Of a stretch of DNA of 64,000 nt, positions 52,635-63,185 are shown one piece after another. Location: contig NMRA01001035.1 in assembly GCA_002633005.1 (NCBI GenBank), forward strand, positions 1 to 64,000, given 5' to 3'. The notes under the pieces were generated by a model. It ran no database searches and was not told where the DNA came from. It saw nothing but the letters and a program-made list of their open reading frames with translations. The position numbers were made by a program, and so were the translations under genes. Each line of letters begins with the position of its first letter. Position 1 is the stretch's first letter. This stretch comes from Phoronis australis (taxonomy: Eukaryota; Animalia; Phoronida).

Positions 52635-54060
52635 CTAGTCAGCAATTCGTACCCCAAACTGACAAATGGTATCTGGGAGAATTTTAGGGAATCCGCCATT
52701 GAAACTGTGATAGATGCAAAAAACATCTCAACTGATTTTTCTGCTATCTTGCGTGTTTTTTGTGAAAATGTCTACGAACCTTCCGCAAATACATCATTCT
52801 ATGCGTTGTTGGTGAAAACTAAAAAACATTGGTATCCATAGTGCGAAAATATTCAGACATCCATATGCCCATCTGGGCATGTGCTGTTTGGGGACTTTCC
52901 TTAATGAGAAGTTTAAGAAAAGTTATTCAACAACGCCAATTTCACCGGTAGTCGACTATCCTTATAAGTTTTTCTAACCTCATTTCACAGCATCTATCCC
53001 ATACCATTTCAACATATCTCTTTTTTATGACCAACTACTTTGCTGTCTGATTTGTTCGGGTTAAGTGATATACACTGTATGGAGATGCAGTTGTCTCCTT
53101 CCGGCCCAATACACCTATTATAATTGTTTTGATAAAATTCGTTGAATTGAGATGCGTCAGGACACGATCAACCGACTTCGAGAACATTAGAAAACTAAAT
53201 TTCAATCAGACCCACACATTAAAATTTCAGAATTCGAGTTCGCAGTTATGTATAACTGGACTTACTTTATAGATTTTTTACTCACAATGCATTTTGAAAT
53301 GGTGACTACGGTATATGCACATGCTATTGGCAGCGTTATCGTCAGGATCAAAGGAAACCAACGTGCCTTGTTGTGCTTCTCATTCTTTTCTGTAAAATAA
53401 GAAAATTAAAGCTCTCTTGATATGTTCGATCGCCTATTTTAATATTTCAAAACTGTATTTTAAATCCTTGCATACATTTGTTACTATGCAGACATTGGTC
53501 AGTTGTACAATTTTGGTGAGGTGCCCTACTTCTAGAGCCCGATGCGGTATGAAGAAGGTTGATTGCCTAGACTTTTTATGGTTATATTTTGTAGAGCTCA
53601 GATCAATCTCAACACTGGTTGTAGTTTTGTTGTTTTAAATTTGGCTTCAGCTGAGATATTGAGGCAGGAAGTAGGGCAATTTTTTCAACATTTTGGAATC
53701 ACCGCAAACTAGCTAAACTGGTAGCCTTCAAAAATGGCTAAGATGTAACTGAAACCGTGACATTTTCTATGACTGGCAAGTTGAAAGACACCCCAATTCA
53801 GTGATAAACTTGAAGTGTTTCATTTTGCACTATTGTTCTCAAGGTAAGTTCGCAAAAAGTGCCAAAACGTAGCTGTAACGAGACTTGGCATTGGCAGAAA
53901 AACAACACGTTCCCATAGCAACCACAAGGTGGCGCACACAAAAAATTAATGTTGGTATGAAGGTTGGGGCATCAACCCCTACCATCATGCAAACAATCGA
54001 GGAAATCCGTGACATAGCCTTTATCACTTTTCGCCTGGTCCATTCGTGGACGTGCTCTTA

Positions 54061-55550
54061 ATACACTGTAGTTTTGCTTGCAAGTTTACTTGGTCCAGTC
54101 TGTCAACGGCCGAACCGAGTGCACTATGACGTCATCAAACTCGCAGGTTGACATGCAAGAGGTCCGGACACCTACTTGAAGCCAATGGAAAGTATTCATT
54201 TTCATTTGACACTTACCCAGCAGCTTCAACAAAACCTTTTACCTCTTCTACGTGTCTTTAGAAAATTATCAACCAATTTTGAGGCTCAATACACTGTAAT
54301 TGTAGTTTTACTTGCAAGTCTACTTGGTCTGGTATGTCACAACCGGACCAAGTGCACTGTGACGTCATCAAACTGACAGAATCAGAATATTCCCTAAGAT
54401 ATTTCACTTTTTATCCCAAGAGTGCTTCTTCTGTTAACATTTCCGATGTCTACAATGCTTTGTCGTGCTTTTCGCTGTTCAAAAATCACTACGTTTTCTG
54501 GCATCGTTCACGTGGCGTGATACCACGCTGGGGTAACCCTATGTTGTTTGAGTATATGAAAAGCTGTCAAATTTTGTTTTCTTCTAAAATTGGGGTTGTT
54601 TTCGGGTTGCATATTGATATAAACCAGCTTTTAAAAAATAATGAAGGCGTACTGGCATGGTCCCTGGCACGGTCACTCTAGTTACCCTGAACCAAAGGAC
54701 ACATTCGCGCAAAAAGCAAAAATGACAGGAAGCACTTATTTTCTGTTTTTCGTCACAGAGAACTTTATTTCACATAGCTTGTTGACTAAAAACGTCAATA
54801 CAGGCTGAAATGATCTGTGTTCAAAACTTTACTCGAGAAAACAGGCAAAGTAAAAATACTCATGTTAACTGCCGATAGTTCAACAATGAAATCACACAGC
54901 AATGACATGTAAGAAAATGTAATGCCAGGTACTAAAGAAACGATTACAATAATAACAAGAAGCAAGCATAGGACAATCGTACCCCGTCGCTTTTTGTTTG
55001 AATTTAGATTGCGACCTCCTGGATATAAAACCAAAATCATGACGATGTCTTATCAAAGCCGGAAATCTAAAAAAATGAAACAACTCATGAAATATTTCGA
55101 TTCTGCGAGTTTGATGACGTCACAGACAGCGCACTCGGTCCGGCCGTTAGACCGGACCAAGTAAACCTGCAAGAAAAACTACAGTGTATTGAGCCTTAGA
55201 AATTTGGTCGATAACTTTATAGACATATAGAAGAGGTAATAATTTCTTTCCCAGCTGCTGAGTACATGTCAAATGAAATTGAATACTTTTCATTGACGTC
55301 AAGTATGTCCGGACTTCCTGGTAGCCATCCCGGGAGTTTTGTGACGTCACAGCTCACTCGGTCCGACCGGGGAAGAGATCGGACCAAGTAAACCCTCAAG
55401 CAAAACTTCAGTGTATTGTGCCGCAAAATGGGCTGATAACTTTCTAGAGACATGTAGAAGAGGTAATGGTTTTGTTGGAGATGCTGGGTACTCATAAAAT
55501 GAAGTTAATTATATACTTTTCATTGAGTAAGTATGAGATCTGGATCTCCT
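54061..55550. repeat. Foldback structure: inverted arms made of about 230-bp tandem units
   Basis: Left arm 54061-54390 (TGACGTCA at 54127 and 54360) is the reverse complement of the right arm 55092-55550 (55115, 55342). Further partial units lie at 57895-58112. Confidence 0.8.
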
Positions 55551-56037
55551 GCCGTAGCAAGCCCAAGTAAAACTTAGAAAGAATTTTTATACTTTATGTT
55601 GAGACGCTAACAACGTCTGACTATATTCTGTGGAATAGGCATGAAGTTGTCAACGACCAGTAATTACATAAATAGACGAAAATTTTGCCACTCAAAACAT
55701 ATTGTTAGACCATTGCCTGCACGGTTGCTCAACACTCAGCCAAGTGAAACTCTATGAATCGGAATGCTTCAGTTTTTCTTCAAAGATCGCTTCTTCTAAA
55801 ATAGTTTCCTGTGCTTTTCATTGTTAAAGAACCATTTCCTTTTCTTGTATTGCTCGGCACTTGGCTTGACACCACAAGTCGGTGGCACGCTGCCGGCTGG
55901 AACCACGTCAGATGGCAACACTCCAGGTTATCGATGTTTCGAAAATTCTGAGTCGTAATAATTTTCGTCTATACTTGCAATAACTGATCCTTAACAACTT
56001 CACATCAATTTCACTTTATGTAACAACTTCATTGCAG

Positions 56038-57516
56038 GTAAACTTTTTGGATTACCGGTGGGTTTTTATGCCAATCAACCTAAATCAAAGCCATTGGGTC
56101 ATTCTAGTTGCGGACATACAGCAGAAGACGGTAACAGTACTGGACTCTCTTGGAAATCACCACAAAGAGTTGACATCATGGTGGAAGTATATGAAGAGTC
56201 ATAAACACTGTTGCTACACATGTGCAAGAATTAGTGTGTCCTCTATCACACCCTGTGTTTGCATAATTGTCCACATAATATTCTTCACCTGTTTATCACA
56301 CTACAAAAGTGACAAGTGATTTTAATGATGGAATGGACTTCTTTTTTCACAAAGGCAAAAATTCAATAGACATCATGTGAATATTTTAGGTAATTAATTC
56401 ATGTCTACCAGTATATGCAAGGTAATAGGGATTGGGTTGTGTGACACAGTAACAGTTGGGGAATATGATTCGCTGACAATGCCCAAATAGGCCTGCAGTT
56501 GTAGGTGATCAGAGTCCGCATTCAAACTCAAATTTCCAAGAATTCTTCCATGTGGCGCATGTATTAGAAACTCGTCCCAGATTGAAACATGATGCGATAC
56601 ACAGCCAGAGAAAAACATACAAAACGTCGTTTTCTGTAAGGTCATAATAGATGTAATACTTTATCACAAGTTTCTAATGCTGGTGGAAGTACCTAACAAC
56701 CCTATATCTGACATCTATGTCCAATGTGTAGTGCATCTTTTAAACAAACCTCTGGAAATAAAACAATGCTTCAGAAACATATTTAACACCAAAAACATAC
56801 TCTCTGAACATTAAGGATAGGAATGAAAATAGTGTAACATGTTGTTTCAGGAGATTCATGAGAGAAAGAAACACTACAACAAAACATGAGGTGTGGACTG
56901 CAGTTCACACAACATCTGTTCAACAGAGCGATGGCCACAGCTGTGGACCAATAGTTCTACTGGTAAATTTTAGTGTTGAATGAGCCTGGGGCATGGACAG
57001 TTTTTATCAGTTCCTTTATACTCACGTTCATGTGGCATATAGGTTTAGACATCATCACAAGAACAAATAAGTTGTGGAAAAATAAACCATCTATTGCAAA
57101 TGTGGACTGAATTTCACGGTTTTCTTTGATATGTTTAATTTGCCTTTGGTTCAACTGTTCTGCTAAGAAAGTTAATTAAGGAGCAAAAACGTAATACGCC
57201 TTGTTTTAAAAAGGTAAACTATGATTTCTATTTTCAGAATACATACGCCATTTTAAAGACAGTGCCACTGCAATTGATCAAGCAAGAGCATGTGAAGAAT
57301 ATGCCTAACTTTATTTAAAAAAATTTGATAACGAACATGACATCACAAAAGGAAGACAACTTTATATGTGACATGGTTGGGTGTCTAGGACGAGATGGGA
57401 AACAGAAGTGGATAATGTGTGACGTATGTACGCGCTGGCTGCATATGAAATGTGCCTTACTTGTCAGTGCAACAAACGATTTTACCTGTGCCATTTGTGA
57501 AGCACAGTACAAGTGA
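56038..57516 (+). pseudogene. Spliced Ulp1/C48 SUMO-protease plus PHD finger gene fragment (transposon-derived)
   Basis: Exons 56038-56186 (NQSHW, LDSL), 56851-56962 (QQSDGHSCG) and 57238-57516 (C4HC3 PHD) join in phase. One stop at 57316; AATAAA at 57574. Confidence 0.75.
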
Positions 57517-58116
57517 GTGACAATCACAGTACGTTTTGGTATTGAGAACAGTCAGGTGCCTTTGTTCATGTACAATAAATGATTGATTAATTAGCTGAGT
57601 GATTGAAACAAGTCATCGTCTCATTCCAAGTCAAAAATGTCCTGGCTGTAATACATACCCTTCATTTCACTCTTCGGGTTCAGTCGGTTTTAATACTTAA
57701 CGCTGGTTGTATCATTGTAAACAATACAACATCCAATTATTTTTTTCAATCCAAGTCAGTGCAGATACTGTGAACAACGTTCGAAAGTATTTTTAAGCAA
57801 GTTTTCAAAAATTTTGCATTGGCTATATAGACTACCACACACTTCTTCATCTCCTAGCGTTTCACCTGTGACACCTTTTCCGGTGAAATTCTGCGAGACT
57901 TTGATGACGTCACAGGTCTGGACGGTTATTTGAAAACATGATTTTTGAACAGTGAAATTCAGGAAAATAATTCCAACATCAAAAATGGGAACAGAAAATG
58001 TCTTTTTGAAGAAAAAAGTGAATGAACTGATAAATTATTAAAATTGTCTCAGTTTTTATGACGTCACAGCGCGCACTCGGTCCCGCAGCCAAAGACCAGT
58101 CCAAGTAAACCTCCCT

Positions 58117-60033
58117 GGGGCACCATCAAGTTATTCACGGGCTATCGGTCTAGTCTTGAAAGGTATAAATTGGAATACGGCATTAGCATTCTTAGACGAT
58201 ATTGTGGTATTTGGGAGGACTTTTGAGGATCATTTGCTTAATTTGAAGTCTGTCTTCGAGAGGTTTAGACAGTATGGGCTCAGATTGAAACCTAAGAAAT
58301 GTGACCTGCTCAAGGCCAAAATTGAATTCTTGGGAAGACAAGTAGATGCTCATACATTGAGTATGACAAAGGAACAGATAGATAGCGTTCAAAAATGGCC
58401 TAGGCCAGGGAATCGGAAACAAGTTCAACAGTTTTTGGGCTTGGCTAACTATCATAGACAGTTTGTACCAAACTTTGCTGAGATAGCTGCACCATTATAT
58501 GTGATAACGGGGTCAGCAGATTTTGTTTGGATGGAAGCACAGGAAACTGCTTTTAACCAGTTAAAGGAAGCATTGATATCTCCACCTGTGTTAGGTTTGC
58601 CTACTAAGGAGGGGCAATTTATACTGGACACTGATGCAAGTCTGGTTGCTATAGGTGCACAACTTAGTCAGTTACAGGAAGGGGTTGAACGGGTATTGGC
58701 TTATGCAAGTTTGAGTTTAAGTCCAGAACAGCAGAGGTATTGTGCTACTCGACGAGAGCTATTGGCTATTGTAAAATTTGTAAATCAATTTAATGTTTAT
58801 CTGGCAGGGCGACGTTTTGTTGTGAGGTCTGACCATAGTAGCCTGAGATGGCTGAAAAATTTCAAAAACCCGAAAGATCAGCTTGCGAGATGGTTGGAAA
58901 ACTTGTCAGAATATGATTTTGAATTGCAATATAGAGCGGGGAAAATGCATACCAATGCTGATGCACTATCAAGAATTCCAGGTGTGGAAATATGTCATGA
59001 CTTTCAACGAGGGGTACCATTAGAATCCTTGCCCTGTGGAGGCAGCTCAAAATGCACAAAACATCATCGGGAATGGGCAAAATTCTATAGTACAGTGGAT
59101 GATGTGGTTCCTTTAGGTGCTAAGGTGAAAACAACTAGGGAGGATCCAGTGGATATAATCGCATCTAGTTCTTTATGGAACAGCTATAGAGAAGACAGTG
59201 ATACCCGGGGTATACAAGTAGTAACTAGGCAACAGGAGAAAGTAGTTTCCGGCGCAAATGGACAGGCGGAAAGGGTGAATAGGTCACTGATGAATGCAGT
59301 TCGCTGTTTTGTGGGGGAATTTCAGTGTGATTGGGATTTGTATGTACCAATGATTGCAGGAGCACTGAGAGCATGTGTGAATCGTTCGACAGGTTTAACG
59401 CCTAATATGATGGTGTTGGGTAGAGAAGTAAATACTCCAGCGGAAGTGGCTTTCAGGTTAAGTCCGGGAGTAAGAGTCTTGGAGCCGAGAAGGTATGCTG
59501 ATGAGTTGGTGGATAAGATGGCACGAGCTCATGAACTTGCTCGGAAAAATTTAGGTACGGCTCAGCTAAGAGCTAAAATTCATTACGACATCATGGTTAA
59601 TCAGTATGGTTATGCAGAGGGAGATGTTGTAAGAGTGTTTCGGGATGCTGTACCACAGGGAATGAGTAGGAAACTGTATCCACCATGGTCAGAACCGGCG
59701 ATAATAGTAGCTAAGATATCGGATCGCTTATTTAAGGTAAGGTTTAAGCGATCAGTTGGCACGTATAACCATGATAAGCTGAAGAGATGTAAGGATAGGG
59801 TATGTCCTGAGTGGATTCAACGGTTAAAGGGTGATCCACTGCTATTAGCTGCTGAAAAGGTCAAAGCATTGTCTACGGGGGTACAATTGTATTGTATATG
59901 TCATCAACCTGATGATGGTTCTACAATGGTACAATGTGATGACTGTAAACAATGGTTTCATGCATTGTGTTTTGGGTTGAACCAAGAGCAGGCTATGGCT
60001 CTTCCTGAATTCAAATGTTCATTATGTGAATGA
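58117..60033 (+). CDS. pol: Gypsy Pol (RT C-terminal half, RNase H, internally deleted integrase, C-terminal PHD finger)
   Basis: GAPSSY..AFLDD, FLGLANYHR, LDTDAS, RELLA, SDHSSL, NADALSR, NGQAERVNR, LYPPWSEP (GPY/F), YCICHQPDD...CDDCKQWFHALC...CSLC. Confidence 0.92.
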   Translation, partial: GAPSSYSRAIGLVLKGINWNTALAFLDDIVVFGRTFEDHLLNLKSVFERFRQYGLRLKPKKCDLLKAKIEFLGRQVDAHTLSMTKEQIDSVQKWPRPGNRKQVQQFLGLANYHRQFVPNFAEIAAPLYVITGSADFVWMEAQETAFNQLKEALISPPVLGLPTKEGQFILDTDASLVAIGAQLSQLQEGVERVLAYASLSLSPEQQRYCATRRELLAIVKFVNQFNVYLAGRRFVVRSDHSSLRWLKNFKNPKDQLARWLENLSEYDFELQYRAGKMHTNADALSRIPGVEICHDFQRGVPLESLPCGGSSKCTKHHREWAKFYSTVDDVVPLGAKVKTTREDPVDIIASSSLWNSYREDSDTRGIQVVTRQQEKVVSGANGQAERVNRSLMNAVRCFVGEFQCDWDLYVPMIAGALRACVNRSTGLTPNMMVLGREVNTPAEVAFRLSPGVRVLEPRRYADELVDKMARAHELARKNLGTAQLRAKIHYDIMVNQYGYAEGDVVRVFRDAVPQGMSRKLYPPWSEPAIIVAKISDRLFKVRFKRSVGTYNHDKLKRCKDRVCPEWIQRLKGDPLLLAAEKVKALSTGVQLYCICHQPDDGSTMVQCDDCKQWFHALCFGLNQEQAMALPEFKCSLCE

Positions 60034-60272
60034 TTCACTGTGAGAACGGGATGAATTGGGAAGAGGAATACTACTCTATGAACATATTTAGGTAAACGCC
60101 TGGGAAAGGTGTGGCTAAAACTCTTCGTCTATAAATTCAGCTTTCTCTGATTATTAAGCATGCTTGTTCACCGGATGAGATGTTCTCTATAAATACACGA
60201 ATAAGCGAACAGCAGAAGACATTCCTTTCATCAAAATGACTGTTAAGCTGCTATTCTATTGGTTATTGTAGA

Positions 60273-61360
60273 ATGTCGAATGCACGCAGAGAACAGTTGT
60301 GGCGCGGGGTAGCGGACAGCCTGATGGAGCTGCTCAAGGGTGACGCGGGTGCCTCAGGAAGTCAGAGCGAGGAGACGCCGCGACGGGGAAGGTCGCCCAC
60401 CCGCCGGAGGAGCAGATCACCCCGGGAAAGAGGATCTTCCAGGAGATCGATGGAGAGATCGGGCCGAAGGCAACACCGAGGTCGGCGCTGGGAGAAAACC
60501 CAGAAGAAGGATCGCAGCCATGGGGGACCGTCGGGGAGTCACATGAAAGATCCGGCGAGGGGATGTCCTCACTGCCTTCAGGACCCCAGTGACATGGCGA
60601 AACATGTCCTGGATTGCCACTTACCTTGTGGGATCCTGCTGGGAACGGGACTGGGGGACCAGGAGCAGTCCCGTAAAAGAATGTGGTTCCTCCACGATGT
60701 GGCCAAGGTTGTGGATGAAAAGCCCAAGGAACTGATTATGCGGGTCGAAGGGTGCCCGTTCTTATCTAGCCTGGAGACGCCAATGGAAGAGGAAGTCCAG
60801 CTGATATGCCAGCATGTGGGTTTGGAGAGGCCGAGCAGTATGTCCTTGGGGAATGTAGAGCCTGCCTCTTCTACTGCACCCAGAGGTTTTGGAGGCTCTT
60901 CTACGATCATTCACCCGGTCCCAGCTCATTAGGGTGGCTGGGAGAAGGTGGCCGGCAGGGAAATGCATCCCATACAGGTGGTTGGGAGATTGTTTGGCGG
61001 AGCAGCCTATGGAGACATCCTACGCTGAGGTAGTTCGGGGGAAGCCGGCGTCAAAGGGTGCGTCGGGGATGAGTTCGGCAGCGAGCTCATCAGGGGTTCG
61101 ACCCCTTTCCCAAGGGAAGGCTACCGGGAGCGGGGAACCGACGGCGGTGTCCAAGGAATCTCGGATTTCTTCAGGGGCCTCTTCGTCGAGTAACTTGTCA
61201 GGGACCACGGAGATGGGATCAAGGGAATCACCTCATCAAAGGTTGATGAAGACCATGCGAAGTTCCCAAGGGGGTGAGTTGAACTTTCCTGATAGTAGGG
61301 ATGATAGTGGTAAAGTTCTGAAATCATCTTTCTTACAGGTGGAACCTCAGGTACCCGTAG
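60273..61360 (+). pseudogene. ORF2 N-terminal part (RS-rich region, C2H2-like finger, Ser-rich linker); frameshift near 60866
   Basis: Overlapping ORFs 60273-60932 and 60889-61386; CPHC-x9-HVLDCH; RGRSPTRRRSRSPR. Confidence 0.6.
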
Positions 61361-61361
61361 A

Positions 61362-62225
61362 GGTGGAGATGCCCACTTTCACTTAGATAGGGTGATTCAA
61401 AGGCATCGGATGTCATCAGAGGAAAGTGCTCTAGATGTGTATAGGCAGTTAGGGACCCTTTGTGAAGTGAAAGTAAATGTGGAAGTAGTAGGGGGGATAG
61501 CTGTATTCTGCGATCCTGAAAGATGGGATATGGTTTCCGCTGTTAGGGATTGGGAAGAGTTTCATGTTGCCTTAGGGTTGCATCCAAAGTCGGTAACCAT
61601 GCAGGTAGTGGAGAAGCAGATGAATACTTTGTTGGAATTTCTAGCTAATGAGGATTTACCCATTGCGGCATTAGGAGAAATTGGTATTGATCTGACGGGT
61701 CCTTACAATGAGGAAGCGCGGGAACTGGATTGGTTGTTTATGCAGGAGCATTTCTTAAGATCACTCTTGGTAAAATGGGATCGACCACAAATGGGACGGG
61801 GTAGACCTGTGGTTTTCCATTATCGAAATGCTTCGACCATGACGAAAGATGCTGGGGATATTCTATGGGAAATAGCTAGGGATTGCCTGAATGAAGCTAC
61901 ACCCATTCAATTGCATTCTTTCCGTGGGGGACCTCAAGTGGTGGAAAGATGGTTAAAGACATTTCATAACACATACTTCTCAGTTTCATGAGTTGGATTA
62001 GGTCACATTAGGGGGGACCGAGCTCGCGGGATACGAGCTATTCCGTCAAAGCGATTGTTGGTGGAAACGGATGCACCTTTTAATCATCCAAGTGGCACGG
62101 GAATGCGTCAGTCCCATTCCGTATTAATAGGGGAATGGTGCAAGCAAATAGCGGAAGTCCGGGGAGTTAGCATGGGAGAAATTTGCAGACTTTCGCGGGA
62201 TAATCTAGCGTCCTTTATTCATTAA
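61362..62225 (+). pseudogene. tatD: TatD-family metal-dependent nuclease domain with one in-frame TGA at 61989
   Basis: DAHFHLD (61368), GLHP, GEIGID, PVVFHYR, LHSFRG, YFSVS*, IPSKRLLVETDAP and the terminal helix ...RDNLASFIH* (62225), all in one frame. Confidence 0.88.
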
Positions 62226-62741
62226 GAAAGGGAGGAAAAGTAAGAGTAAGGGATGTATGGCATGGGGAGAATCACTGCTAGTAGTATGAAATTTGGATGT
62301 TAATGTCTTTATTCAAGTGTTGTCTCCTTGGCTTTTCCATCAGATTCTGGGAGTCAAAGGGCTCTTTTCCGGTGACTTTATCCATAAGGGTATAATTGGG
62401 AAAAGTATGGGTATTTAGTCGTGATTCTTGTTGTTTGTCCATACATGTGTTACAGGTATGGGATGGCACTCCACAAGAGAATGGGATGCAACATACCTTA
62501 CATACTCGTACTATGTTTCAGAACCAGCCAAGAGGACTCAGTAGAGGGTAACTGGGAAGGGGTGGCTGGGGGAACTTATAGGGGATTTGAATAGGGATGG
62601 CTCGGAGTACAATTGGGGAAAATTAAACATTGGAACTGCAATTTGGACTATGTTGATATTGGGTACATTAGTCTGACTCTTATATCATGGCTGAGTAAGA
62701 GAATCTTTTATGGTATGATTGGCTAGATTATCTAGGGGAAA

Positions 62742-63185
62742 TGTCATAGGGATAGTCCGGCTGAGGTTAACTTTTAATAAGTTTTAAACAACTGGGTTGG
62801 TACAGCAGTTCCGATTAACATTACCAGGGAAAGCTCCAAAAAATAGAATGGGGAGGAAATGTAGTGAGCCAGTGCATATGTTACGTGAGGTTTAATTGGA
62901 TAGTCAGGTTCGCGGGCTTCTCTGTTAACTTGGCTGCGATTGGAGAATGGATGGAACCTGCTGGGATGGATGATGTAACATGATGTAACGATGACGTCAC
63001 GACCTCGTGGTTCACTCGTCCTTCGCACTTGAGACTCGAAAGAGACAAGACGCAATCTAATACGACTCCAACGCAATATAACACGACTCCAACGTATACT
63101 TCAGAGACCTGTATTAACCAGTTAGGTAAGCTGTCTTATAGTTCTAGTGTATATTAGACTAACGTGGTCGGGGAAAGACACAACA
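62742..63185 (+). repeat. Putative 3' LTR preceded by a polypurine tract
   Basis: aggggaaa|TGTCATAGG...GACACAACA. The matching 5' LTR is absent, so both boundaries are inferred. Confidence 0.6.

Larger units (their letters stand above)
58117..63185 (+). mobile_element. 5'-truncated Ty3/Gypsy LTR retrotransposon with an extra TatD-containing ORF
   Basis: RT-RNaseH-(deleted IN)-PHD pol, followed by ORF2/TatD, the purine tract aggggaaa and a TG...CA LTR. Confidence 0.85.

Noticed and set aside
61989-61991. In-frame TGA in TatD as selenocysteine or programmed read-through
   Set aside because: The position corresponds to the Gly of the YxSxSG motif, so a GGA>TGA mutation is simplest, and the element has other lesions.
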